From: Roseomonas sp.
GTDB lineage: Bacteria; Pseudomonadota; Alphaproteobacteria; Acetobacterales; Acetobacteraceae
Direction of reading: 5' to 3'
NCBI GenBank assembly: GCA_040398485.1
Contig: JBBAUC010000001.1
Location: 1-58,557 of the forward strand
Length of the DNA stretch: 58,557 nt
Shown here: piece by piece, positions 20,713-29,605 of the stretch
Layout of the letters: every line of letters begins with the position of its first letter
Position numbering within the stretch: the first letter of the stretch is position 1
Program-made: the position numbers and the translations under genes
The notes under the pieces: generated by a model
What the model was told of the DNA's origin: nothing
What the model saw: only the letters and a program-made list of their open reading frames with translations
Database searches by the model: none

Positions 20713-20889
20713 ATGGCCGATACAAGAACGCGCCTGACAGAAGCTCAGGCGAAGGAAGTCCACAACTTGGTGGCCCAGGGATGGGCTTTCTCAATCTTCG
20801 CTTCGATGGGCGCGCATGTCCTGGTCTGGTTGTGGCGGCCGCTTGTCTTTACCGGACAAGTGGTTCCACCCGACTGGCGTTTCTTCTGA
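20713..20889 (+). CDS. pufB: Light-harvesting LH1 beta subunit (58 aa, below the ORF-track cutoff)
   Basis: Translated by hand: MADTRTRLTEAQAKEVHNLVAQGWAFSIFASMGAHVLVWLWRPLVFTGQVVPPDWRFF. Has LTE..AKE.H and AH...W.WRP motifs, a GGAGG RBS, and sits before pufA. Confidence 0.92.
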   Translation: MADTRTRLTEAQAKEVHNLVAQGWAFSIFASMGAHVLVWLWRPLVFTGQVVPPDWRFF

Positions 20890-20942
20890 AGGATGTTCCG
20901 GGTTGAGGGATTTTCCCGACATCTGGAACGAGGAAAAGGAGA

Positions 20943-21131
20943 ATGTTCAATATGCATAAGATTTGGATGGTGATTGACGCTCGTCGTGTCGGGTTTCTCG
21001 GCGCGGCGGGTGTGGTGGCGATCGCGGCAGTGATTCACTTCGCTGTGCTGAGTTCGCCACGCTACTGCGATCATCTCGGTTGGTGCGCAACTTCACCGAC
21101 CTTCACCCCTGGCGCGAAGCTGGGTGGTTGA
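20943..21131 (+). CDS. pufA: Light-harvesting LH1 alpha subunit (divergent)
   Basis: MHKIW...D.RR N-terminus, TM helix with A.VIHFAVLSS (BChl His), AAGGAG RBS, between pufB and pufL. Confidence 0.88.
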   Translation: MFNMHKIWMVIDARRVGFLGAAGVVAIAAVIHFAVLSSPRYCDHLGWCATSPTFTPGAKLGG

Positions 21132-21135
21132 GCAC

Positions 21136-21195
21136 GGGGCGCGGCCTAGGCCGCGCTCCAGCGAAATGGGCGAGGCAGCCGAAACTGCCTCGCCC
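21136..21195 (+). other. Two pufA-pufL intercistronic stem-loops (mRNA stability/attenuation elements)
   Basis: Perfect palindrome GCGCGGCCTAGGCCGCGC (21139-21156) and GGGCGAGGCAG-ccgaaa-CTGCCTCGCCC (21168-21195). Hairpins at this position are known to stabilise pufBA mRNA in Rhodobacter. Confidence 0.75.
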
Positions 21196-21259
21196 GCACA
21201 GAACATCATGAGGGACCGCCAGGCGGGCATAGCCCCCGTCGGGAGAGGAGCATCAAGCG

Positions 21260-22084
21260 ATGGCGATGTTAAGCTTTGAGCGGAAATACCGCGTCCGCGG
21301 CGGAACCCTGATAGGGGGTGACCTGTTCGATTTCTGGATAGGGCCTTTCTATGTCGGGTTCTTTGGCGTGACCACGGCGTTTTTCAGCTTTGTTGGAACC
21401 GCCCTGATCCTCTACGGCGCGGCGATTGGCGGGACGTGGAATCCCTGGCTGATCAATATCGCGCCGCCGGATCTGAAATATGGCCTACGCCTGGCGCCGA
21501 TGCGCGAAGGCGGGTTGTGGCAGATGATCACCATCTGCGCACTTGGGGCCTTTGTTTCCTGGGCACTGCGCCAGGCAGAAATCTCGCGCAAGCTTGGCAT
21601 GGGGTATCACATACCCATCGCTTATGGCGTCGCGGTTTTCGCCTATTTCACCCTGGTCGTGATCCGGCCGGTGCTGATGGGTGGATGGGGACATGGCTTC
21701 CCCTACGGCATTTTTAGTCACCTGGATTGGGTGTCCAATGTCGGGTATCAATATCTGCACTTCCACTACAATCCGGCGCATATGATCGCGGTGACATTCT
21801 TCTTCACCACGGTATTGGCGCTGTCGTTGCATGGCGGCTTGGTTCTCTCGGCGCTTAACCCGCCGGAAGGTGAACCGGTGAAGACGGCAGAGCATGAAAA
21901 TACCTTCTTCCGTGACCTGATCGGTTATTCGATCGGCACGCTTGGTATCCACAGGCTCGGTCTTTTCCTTGCGCTGTCAGCTGGGATTTGGAGTGCAATC
22001 TGCATCGTGATTAGTGGTCCGTTCTGGACGCGCGGCTGGCCCGAATGGTGGGGCTGGTGGCTTAACCTGCCGATTTGGCACTAG
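21260..22084 (+). CDS. pufL: Photosynthetic reaction centre L subunit
   Basis: [54 protein letters not shown]. Confidence 0.99.
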   Translation: MAMLSFERKYRVRGGTLIGGDLFDFWIGPFYVGFFGVTTAFFSFVGTALILYGAAIGGTWNPWLINIAPPDLKYGLRLAPMREGGLWQMITICALGAFVSWALRQAEISRKLGMGYHIPIAYGVAVFAYFTLVVIRPVLMGGWGHGFPYGIFSHLDWVSNVGYQYLHFHYNPAHMIAVTFFFTTVLALSLHGGLVLSALNPPEGEPVKTAEHENTFFRDLIGYSIGTLGIHRLGLFLALSAGIWSAICIVISGPFWTRGWPEWWGWWLNLPIWH

Positions 22085-22105
22085 GCGAGGGGAGGGAAAA
22101 ATCCC

Positions 22106-23086
22106 ATGGCCGAATATCAGAACATCTTCACCCGGATACAGGTGCGCGGACCAGTACCCTATCCTGGTGTGCCCCTTCCCGCCGATAACTCTCCGCGCGA
22201 TGGCACACCAAGCGAGGTGCACCTTTTTGGTCGCCTTGGTGATGCGCAGGTGGGTCCGATTTATCTTGGCTATCTTGGCATTCTCTCGCTGCTCTTTGGC
22301 TTCATTGCCTTTGAGATCATCGGGCTTAACATGCTTGCATCGGTCAACTGGAGTGTGAGCGAATTCATCCGTCAGCTTTTCTGGCTGGCGCTGGAACCGC
22401 CACCGCCGGAATATGGCTTGCGCATTCCGCCGCTGAATAAGGGTGGCTGGTGGATCGTTGCAGGCTTCTTCCTGACGCTTTCCATACTGCTTTGGTGGGT
22501 GCGCACCTATCGCCGCGCCCGTCAGCTTGGCATGGGCACGCATGTGGCTTGGGCCTTTGCCGGCGCCATCTGGCTTTACCTGGTGCTGGGCTTTATCCGC
22601 CCGGTTGCCATGGGAAGCTGGAGCGAAGCAGTGCCCTTCGGCATCTTCCCGCATCTGGATTGGACGGCGGCTTTCTCCATCCGTTACGGCAATCTGTTCT
22701 ACAATCCCTTCCACGCGCTTTCGATCGTGTTCCTTTATGGTTCCGTCTTGCTCTTTGCGATGCACGCGGCAACCATTCTGGCGCTAGGGCGTTATGGTGG
22801 TGAGCGTGAAATTGAACAGACGCTAGACCGCGGCACGGCTGCGGAACGTGGTGGCTTGTTCTGGCGCTGGACCATGGGCTTCAACGCCACGTTTGAAAGC
22901 ATCCACCGCTGGGCCTGGTGGTTTGCCTTCCTCTGCCCTGTCGCGGGCGGGATTGGCATTCTGCTGACCGGTACTGTGGTTGATAATTGGTACCTCTGGG
23001 CGGTGGATCGGCACTTTGCGCCGGCCTACACAATGCCTTGGACACCGGCTGTTGATCCCTCCATCGTTCAAGGAGCGCCGCGATGA
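22106..23086 (+). CDS. pufM: Photosynthetic reaction centre M subunit
   Basis: [52 protein letters not shown]. Confidence 0.99.
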   Translation: MAEYQNIFTRIQVRGPVPYPGVPLPADNSPRDGTPSEVHLFGRLGDAQVGPIYLGYLGILSLLFGFIAFEIIGLNMLASVNWSVSEFIRQLFWLALEPPPPEYGLRIPPLNKGGWWIVAGFFLTLSILLWWVRTYRRARQLGMGTHVAWAFAGAIWLYLVLGFIRPVAMGSWSEAVPFGIFPHLDWTAAFSIRYGNLFYNPFHALSIVFLYGSVLLFAMHAATILALGRYGGEREIEQTLDRGTAAERGGLFWRWTMGFNATFESIHRWAWWFAFLCPVAGGIGILLTGTVVDNWYLWAVDRHFAPAYTMPWTPAVDPSIVQGAPR

Positions 23087-24159
23087 GCAAGTTTTCACTC
23101 AGCATCGCTGCCTTTGTGGTGGCGCTGCTATGTGGGGTGATCTTCGTCACCACCTTCGAACGGCCACCGGTGCTTTCCTCGCAAGGCGGCTTCCGCGGGC
23201 TTTCAATGGGTGATGTTCAGAACCCACGCACCATCCCCGCGCGCCTTGCGGCCAATCAGGTGCCTGAAGCATCTGAAGCGGCCGATACGACAGGCCCAAG
23301 GGCACATGAAGCCTATCAGAATGTGCAAGTGCTGCGTGACGTGAGTGAAGCGCAATTCAACCGCATCATGCTGGCCATGACGGAATGGATCGCGCCCAAT
23401 CAAGGCTGCGGCTATTGCCACAATGTCGAGAATATGGCGTCCGACGAGGTTTATACCAAAGTTGTCGCTCGGCGCATGTTGCAGATGACGCATAAGATCA
23501 ATTCGGAATGGGCGACCCATGTCGGCCAGACCGGCGTGACCTGCTACACCTGCCACCGCGGCAATGCGGTGCCAACCATGGTCTGGTCAACCGAACCCAA
23601 TAGCCGTGCTGGCCTGCAAGCGCCGCGTGGGCAGAATCATCCCGCCGCTTCCGTGGGTGATAGTTCTTTGCCTTCGGATCCCTTCACCCCCTTCCTTTTG
23701 GGTGATCAGCAAATCCGTAATATCAGCACCACTTCGCTGCCTGGGCGGAATAGTCAGGGTACCATGTCAACGGAATGGACCTATGGGCTGATGATGCATA
23801 TGTCCACGTCGCTTGGCGTGAATTGCACCCATTGCCATAACAGCCGGTCCTTCGCTGAATGGGCGCAAAGCCCACCGGCGCGGACAACTGCCTGGCACGG
23901 CATCCGCATGGTGCGGGACATCAACATGTCCTACATCGAACCGCTGAAGCCGCTTTGGGTAAGCAATCCCAATGGTCCGGCGGAAGGCCCGCATGGCCCG
24001 CGCTTGGGTGCAATGGGTGATCCGCTGAAGGTGAATTGCGCCACCTGCCACCAGGGCGAAAATCGTCCCCTGAATGGAGCACCCATGCTGCGTGACTTCC
24101 CGGAACTGAAGCAGGTCAATCAAGGCCCGCTGCGTTCCGCCGATGCAACGCCGCGATAA
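23083..24159 (+). CDS. pufC: Reaction-centre-bound tetraheme cytochrome c
   Basis: Four CxxCH motifs (CGYCH, CYTCH, CTHCH, CATCH), ERPP and GFRG N-terminal motifs. Confidence 0.97.
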   Translation: MSKFSLSIAAFVVALLCGVIFVTTFERPPVLSSQGGFRGLSMGDVQNPRTIPARLAANQVPEASEAADTTGPRAHEAYQNVQVLRDVSEAQFNRIMLAMTEWIAPNQGCGYCHNVENMASDEVYTKVVARRMLQMTHKINSEWATHVGQTGVTCYTCHRGNAVPTMVWSTEPNSRAGLQAPRGQNHPAASVGDSSLPSDPFTPFLLGDQQIRNISTTSLPGRNSQGTMSTEWTYGLMMHMSTSLGVNCTHCHNSRSFAEWAQSPPARTTAWHGIRMVRDINMSYIEPLKPLWVSNPNGPAEGPHGPRLGAMGDPLKVNCATCHQGENRPLNGAPMLRDFPELKQVNQGPLRSADATPR

Positions 24160-24166
24160 TGGGCTT

Positions 24167-24199
24167 GGGCGGGATGATTGATCCCGCCCGTCTTTCTTG
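24167..24199 (+). terminator. Intrinsic terminator after pufC
   Basis: GGGCGGGAT-gattg-ATCCCGCCC followed by GTCTTTCTT. Confidence 0.75.
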
Positions 24200-24213
24200 C
24201 GTAAGCTTTGGAG

Positions 24214-24244
24214 CCTCCGCGTATCGCGCGGAGGTTTTCCTTTT
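24214..24244 (+). terminator. Second terminator-like hairpin upstream of crtI
   Basis: CCTCCGCG-tatcg-CGCGGAGG followed by TTTTCCTTTT. Confidence 0.6.
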
Positions 24245-24297
24245 CCGGGACTTCAATATGGTGTTTCATGTTAGATAATATGCAGTCTGAAACGAGC

Positions 24298-25809
24298 ATG
24301 ATGGAAAGCACCAAAGACCCGCGCCCGCATGCGATTGTGATTGGCTCTGGTTTTGGTGGCTTGGCGGCAGCTGTTCGGCTTGGTGCGCGTGGTTGGCGTG
24401 TGACAATCCTTGAAAAGCTTGATGCGCCAGGTGGGCGCGCTTATGTTTTTCGTCAGGATGGTTTCACTTTTGACGCCGGCCCCACTATCATCACCGCGCC
24501 CTATTTGCTGGAAGAACTCTGGTCGCTCGCCGGCCGCAAGCTTGCGCAGGATATTGATCTGCGCGCGATGGACCCCTTCTATCTGATCCGCTTCGATGAC
24601 GGCGACGTGATGCGCTGTTCCGCTGACCTTGATGTGACGCGGGCCGAGGTCGCGCGGATTGCGCCGCAAGACAGTGCAGGCTTCGAGCGTTTCATTCTTG
24701 AAAGTGAACGCATCTTTCGCGTGGCCTTCGCCGATCTGGCCGATAAGCCCTTTCATAGTCTTGCAAGCCTGATCAGTGCCGCGCCGGATTTGATCCGGCT
24801 GAAGGGCTATCGCACCGTCTATAGCCGCGTCTGTGATTACTTCACCAGCGACAAGCTGCGCGTTGCCTTCAGCTTCCACCCGCTGCTGATCGGCGGGAAT
24901 CCCATGACCACCACCGCCTATTACTGCCTGATCGCGCATCTGGAACGGCTGCATGGTGTGCATTACGCCATGGGTGGCATGGGCGCGTTGGTTCAAGGCA
25001 TCGTTGATCTCGCGACAAGTCTGGGTGGTAGCATTCGCTACAATACCGAAGTGAAGCGCATCACCACCGAAGGCCGCCGCGCAACAGGCGTTGAGCTGGC
25101 CGACGGTGAAAGGCTTGCCGCCGATATCGTTGTCTCCAACGCTGATGTTGCCTGGACTTACAGCAAGCTTCTGCAGGATTTCCCACGTCGGCGCTGGACT
25201 GATCGCAAGATCGCGCGGGCGCGTTATTCCATGAGCCTTTTCGTCTGGTATTTCGGCACCAAGCGCCGGTATGATGATGTCTATCACCACACCATGGTGC
25301 TCGGGCCGCGCTACCAAGAATTGCTGCACGATATCTTCACGCGCAAGCACCTCGCAGAAGATTTCAGTCTTTACCTGCATCGCCCGACCGCGACGGATGA
25401 CTCAATGGCGCCGCCGGGCTGTGATTCCTTCTACGTTCTCGCCCCCGTGCCGCATTTGGGCGGCAAGGTAGATTGGGCCAAGCATGCCGAACCCTATCGC
25501 AAGGCCATTGAAAAGCGCCTGGAAGAAACAGTCTTGCCGGGCCTTGGTGAGGCGCTTGTCACATCACGCATGATCACGCCGCAGGATTTTCAAGATAGGC
25601 TGCTATCGGTGAATGGCGCTGCCTTTGCGCTGGAACCACAGCTTTTCCAAAGCGCCTGGTTTCGCCCGCATAATGTGAGCGAAGAAGTGCAGGGGCTTTA
25701 TCTTGTTGGTGCCGGCACGCATCCGGGCGCGGGTGTCCCGGGCGTGATTTCCTCAGCCAAGGTCTTGGATCAGCTTGTGCCGCATGGTGATACGCTAAGG
25801 CGAAGTTAA
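24298..25809 (+). CDS. crtI: Phytoene desaturase
   Basis: FAD motif IVIGSGFGGLAAA, FDAGPTIIT, SLYLHRP, YLVGAGTHPGAGVPGV; start uncertain (24280-24301). Confidence 0.95.
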   Translation: MMESTKDPRPHAIVIGSGFGGLAAAVRLGARGWRVTILEKLDAPGGRAYVFRQDGFTFDAGPTIITAPYLLEELWSLAGRKLAQDIDLRAMDPFYLIRFDDGDVMRCSADLDVTRAEVARIAPQDSAGFERFILESERIFRVAFADLADKPFHSLASLISAAPDLIRLKGYRTVYSRVCDYFTSDKLRVAFSFHPLLIGGNPMTTTAYYCLIAHLERLHGVHYAMGGMGALVQGIVDLATSLGGSIRYNTEVKRITTEGRRATGVELADGERLAADIVVSNADVAWTYSKLLQDFPRRRWTDRKIARARYSMSLFVWYFGTKRRYDDVYHHTMVLGPRYQELLHDIFTRKHLAEDFSLYLHRPTATDDSMAPPGCDSFYVLAPVPHLGGKVDWAKHAEPYRKAIEKRLEETVLPGLGEALVTSRMITPQDFQDRLLSVNGAAFALEPQLFQSAWFRPHNVSEEVQGLYLVGAGTHPGAGVPGVISSAKVLDQLVPHGDTLRRS

Positions 25810-27335
25810 GCGCGCCCCGCCCCAATCCTAATCGCACCGCGCGCGCCGGCCCAATCTTCCAAAAGCCGCGCTGCGGCAATGCGCCCAGACATCGCCGCCA
25901 TGGGAATACCAGGTCCGGGATGCACTGAACCGCCGGCCAGATATAGCCCCTGCAAGCGCGTCACCGCACCCGGGCGCGCGAAAGTTGCACTTGAGCCATG
26001 GCCAGCGCGGCCATAAAGCGCACCACCTGAACCCGGGAAAAGCCGCGCGAAGCTTTCCGGCGTGGTGACAACTTCGTCACCTGCGTTGCGCGTCACGTCC
26101 AGACCACAGGCTTTCAGCAGGCCAAAGCCACGTTCACCAAGTTCAGCGACCTCATCAGGCGTATGGCCGCGCTGATCACCATCAGGCGGCGCATTGATCA
26201 AAACGAGCATGCGTTCCGGCGTGCCCTGGGCGGGGCCAGGCCCGGCTTCGCGATCCTGCGCGCAAATATACACTGTCGGTGCGGCGGTGATGTCTCGCCT
26301 GCGAAAAATAGCGTCGAATTCCGCCGCGTAATCCTCGGCGAAAAAAACATTGTGATGCACCAGCGGAAAACCAGAAGTAGGCGCCTTCACGCACCAGGTG
26401 ACCGCGGAAAGGGACCGCGCGGCGCGCGGCGTATCCTCGGCAGCGTTGCGTGGCGCTTGCCCCAAAAGGCTCTGCGCCAAGGCCGCCACATCGCCATTGA
26501 AGACCACGGCATCGGCGGGGATTTCCTCGCCATTCGCCAAGCGCACACCGCTGGCGCGGCCTTGGCGGCTCAGAATCTCAGCAACCTCGGCCCCAAAGCG
26601 GAATTTAGCACCTTTGGCTTCCGCGAGGCGTTGAACTGCATCCGCCACGCGCCGCATGCCGCCATGCACGAACCACACGCCATCCTGTTCCACATGCGCC
26701 ACCAGCATCAGCGTGGCCGGCGCCAACCAGGGGGAGCAGCCGCAATAGGTTGCGTAGCGCCCGAATAGCTGGCGCAGGCGCGGGTCGCGAAAATGCTCGC
26801 CTAAGGCATCCCACAGCGTCTTCATGGGCGCGGTGCGGATCAGCGCGGCGATATTCGTGATGCCAACGCGCTTGACCAGATCAAGCGGTGATGGGCGTTC
26901 GGCGGCAATGAAGGAACCGCGTAGCGTGCGGAAGATATCGGCGCTGCGCGCGCAAAAGGCGCGATAGCCGCGCGCCTCGGCGGCTCCCGCAAAATCACCG
27001 ATGGCATCAGCGGAACGTGCAATATCGGCGAAAAGATCAAGCCTGCCGCCAGCGCGCCAGGCATGCCGCGCCAGGATATCTGCTTTTTGTAAAGGCAGCG
27101 CAGCTTCAAGGGAGGCACCGGCATCCGCAAATAGCCCCTCAAAAATCCAGCGCATGGTAAAAACCGTGGGGCCGCCATCAATCGGGCTGCCGCCTACCAT
27201 CACTTCGCGCATTTTGCCGCCTGGTGCTGCGGCGCGTTCCAACACCGTCACCGCCGCACCGCGCCGCGCAAGATCAGCGGCAGCGGCAAGCCCGCCCATG
27301 CCGGCGCCAATCACCAATACGCGTGGGGCAGCCAT
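25806..27335 (-). CDS. crtD: 1-hydroxycarotenoid 3,4-desaturase
   Basis: VIGAGMGGLAAA, DGGPTVFTMRW, LFGRYATYCG.SP, LVHHNVFF, GGALYG, GGSVHPGPGIPMA. Confidence 0.92.
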   Translation of the reverse strand: MAAPRVLVIGAGMGGLAAAADLARRGAAVTVLERAAAPGGKMREVMVGGSPIDGGPTVFTMRWIFEGLFADAGASLEAALPLQKADILARHAWRAGGRLDLFADIARSADAIGDFAGAAEARGYRAFCARSADIFRTLRGSFIAAERPSPLDLVKRVGITNIAALIRTAPMKTLWDALGEHFRDPRLRQLFGRYATYCGCSPWLAPATLMLVAHVEQDGVWFVHGGMRRVADAVQRLAEAKGAKFRFGAEVAEILSRQGRASGVRLANGEEIPADAVVFNGDVAALAQSLLGQAPRNAAEDTPRAARSLSAVTWCVKAPTSGFPLVHHNVFFAEDYAAEFDAIFRRRDITAAPTVYICAQDREAGPGPAQGTPERMLVLINAPPDGDQRGHTPDEVAELGERGFGLLKACGLDVTRNAGDEVVTTPESFARLFPGSGGALYGRAGHGSSATFARPGAVTRLQGLYLAGGSVHPGPGIPMAAMSGRIAAARLLEDWAGARGAIRIGAGRA

Positions 27336-27336
27336 G

Positions 27337-28080
27337 TTACGTTGCAGCGCTTAGTCGCCGACTGCGCCCGGCGAATTGCCGATCCACCACGCGGCGATGC
27401 CAAATTATCAGCGAAACACCCACGACCAACGGCACCGCCCACATGAAGGGATTAAGCGCCAATTCCGGAAAAATCCTGACGGAACCAAAGGCCATGAAGG
27501 CGGTGTAAACTGATATGCCGGCACCCACCAAAGCCTTGATATGTTCCTTGATCCAGGAACCTGGCCCTGGTTCGCGCGCCATCAGGAACCACAGGTTTGT
27601 CGCCGCCGTCGCCAGGCCCACCATGCAAATACCGATCATCAGCGGCTGACCAATCATCCAGCCCTGCCAGGCGCAATTCAAGGAAGCCGGAATCAGCGCA
27701 TATTGCAGGAAAAGATTGAGCCTTGTGCGATTCAATTCATGCCGGCGCTTGTTGCGAATGGAAAGCCAGCCATACCAAGCAAGGTTCACCGTCAGCAGCC
27801 CGGTCATCAGCATCATCCAGCCGAAAATGCCGCGGATGAAAGCCTCATCAAACCGGCCTTCCAGATGTGGGTGTGTTTCAATTGGCGCTGCCAGGGTCAG
27901 CAGACTCATGATCATGGCAAGGCAGCCGGTGATCAGCAGCGCGAAGGTGAAAACCTTTCCCCAGCGTGCGTGATTGACGCCGCCCTTGCGCCCGATCACA
28001 GGCACCCAGAAAGCGATGGCGCCAATGCTGCCCGTCACAATATGGGCGGCAACCAGCGCATGGAACAGGAACAGGACCAT
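27337..28080 (-). CDS. Multi-pass membrane protein (DUF2306-like), first gene of the crtD transcript
   Basis: HIVTG, RKGGVNHARWGKVF and WIKEHIKALVGAGISVYTAF motifs; about 7 hydrophobic segments; stop codon 1 nt before the crtD ATG; GGAGG RBS. Confidence 0.75.
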   Translation of the reverse strand: MVLFLFHALVAAHIVTGSIGAIAFWVPVIGRKGGVNHARWGKVFTFALLITGCLAMIMSLLTLAAPIETHPHLEGRFDEAFIRGIFGWMMLMTGLLTVNLAWYGWLSIRNKRRHELNRTRLNLFLQYALIPASLNCAWQGWMIGQPLMIGICMVGLATAATNLWFLMAREPGPGSWIKEHIKALVGAGISVYTAFMAFGSVRIFPELALNPFMWAVPLVVGVSLIIWHRRVVDRQFAGRSRRLSAAT

Positions 28081-28102
28081 CCGAGCCTCCCCAGCATTTA
28101 GG

Positions 28103-28146
28103 TGACAATTGCACTTGACATATATGGATGTAAAGCGTGGAAATCA
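28103..28146. promoter_or_regulatory. Tandem PpsR-like boxes in the divergent membrane-protein/P450 promoter
   Basis: TGA-N12-ACA (28103-28120, containing TTGACA) and TGT-N12-TCA (28129-28146), each one mismatch from consensus, 8 bp apart as at bchC. Confidence 0.65.
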
Positions 28147-28219
28147 GCTCATGTCAGGTCAAGGCATAAACAGCGCGCTTCCCCAAAGCGGCGCAGAGAT
28201 GGGTGAGGGCAGGGGGGGC

Positions 28220-29605
28220 ATGAATCACGCGCTGACCTTCCGCGCTTTTGCGCCGCCGCGCCCGGAACCCTTGCCCGCGGTCATTGCGCTGATGCGCTGC
28301 ATGATCCGCGGCGATGGAGATTTGCTCTCGCTTTTGCCGGCGGAAGCCTATCGCATGCCGATCGGGCCGCTGGGTTATTCCCGCCGGTCCACCATCATCG
28401 TCAATCGCCCCGATCTGGTGCGCGAAGTGCTGACTGATGCCAAGGGCATCCTGCCCAAAAGCGATCTGATGGTACATGCGCTGGATCCCTTGATTGGCGA
28501 TTCGATCTTTGTCTCCTCCGGCGCTACCTGGCGGCGCCAGCGGGCCATGATTGACCCGGCCTTGACAATGATGCGCGTCAACCGCGCCTTTCCCGCCATG
28601 GAAGCTGGCGCGGCGGCGGCGGAAGCAACCCTTGCCGATCATGCCGCGCGCGATACGCGCTTTTCGCTTGACCTGATGATGAGCCACATGACGGCGGATA
28701 TCATTTGCCGCACGGTGTTCTCCACCGGGCTCGAGACGCGTGTGGCGCATGAGGTCTTCGATGCCTTCACGGAATTCGAACATAGCGTCGCGCAGGTGGA
28801 AATCCGCCGGCTAATTTTTGACCGCGCCTGGAAGCGCATTCCGCAAAAGGAAAGCGTGCTGAATGCTTGCGGCCTGATCCGGCGTTATTTGGGCGAATTG
28901 CTGGATACGCATTTGGGCGATGGCGCCACCAGCTTTGACGATATCGCGAGCGCGATCATCGCCGCGCATGATGTGGAAGGCAAAGCCTTCACGCGCGAAG
29001 AATTGATTGATCAGCTTGGGGTTCTTTTCCTGGCCGGGCATGAAACCAGCGCCAGCGCACTAACCTGGGTGTTTTATCTGCTCGCGACGCAACCCGCTTT
29101 GGTCGCAAGGTTGCGCGCTGAAATTGATGAAATCGTTGGACCCGGCCCCATCCTGTTTGAACATACGCGCAAGCTTTTGTTTGTGCGTAATGTGTTTCGT
29201 GAAACGCTCAGGCTTTATCCACCCATCACCTTCCTGCCGCGCGTCGCCAATGAGGCAACGCGGATCGGTGACTACCCGGTTAAGAAGGGCGCGCTGATCA
29301 TGGTGGCACCTTGGGTGCTGCATCGGCACCAGGCCTATTGGCGCGATCCGCATTTGTTTGACCCAGACCGATTTCTGCCGGAACGCGAAGCGGAGATGAC
29401 CACGGGCGCCTATATTCCCTTCGGCATCGGCCCGCGGGTTTGCGCGGGTGCTGCTTTTGCACAGGTGGAAGCGGTGCTGCTGATTGCGCGGCTGTTTCGC
29501 CATTTTGATTTCCACATCGAAGCGCCTGGTGATGTGCGCCCCGCCGCGCGGCTCACCACGCGCCCGGCACGGCAGGTGATGTGCCGCGTCACCCGCGCGG
29601 CATGA
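28220..29605 (+). CDS. Cytochrome P450
   Basis: I-helix FLAGHETSA, ExxR (ETLR), FDPDRF and heme ligand PFGIGPRVCAG. Confidence 0.95.
   Translation: MNHALTFRAFAPPRPEPLPAVIALMRCMIRGDGDLLSLLPAEAYRMPIGPLGYSRRSTIIVNRPDLVREVLTDAKGILPKSDLMVHALDPLIGDSIFVSSGATWRRQRAMIDPALTMMRVNRAFPAMEAGAAAAEATLADHAARDTRFSLDLMMSHMTADIICRTVFSTGLETRVAHEVFDAFTEFEHSVAQVEIRRLIFDRAWKRIPQKESVLNACGLIRRYLGELLDTHLGDGATSFDDIASAIIAAHDVEGKAFTREELIDQLGVLFLAGHETSASALTWVFYLLATQPALVARLRAEIDEIVGPGPILFEHTRKLLFVRNVFRETLRLYPPITFLPRVANEATRIGDYPVKKGALIMVAPWVLHRHQAYWRDPHLFDPDRFLPEREAEMTTGAYIPFGIGPRVCAGAAFAQVEAVLLIARLFRHFDFHIEAPGDVRPAARLTTRPARQVMCRVTRAA

Noticed and set aside
20619-20906. 95-aa ORF in the track at the pufQ/pufB position
   Set aside because: No PufQ or LH features; it overlaps the real pufB, which is in another frame (20713-20889).
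21755-21785. Possible Zn-bacteriochlorophyll reaction centre as in Acidiphilium
   Set aside because: PufL has the usual His at L168 (HFHYNPAHM), not the Glu associated with Acidiphilium.
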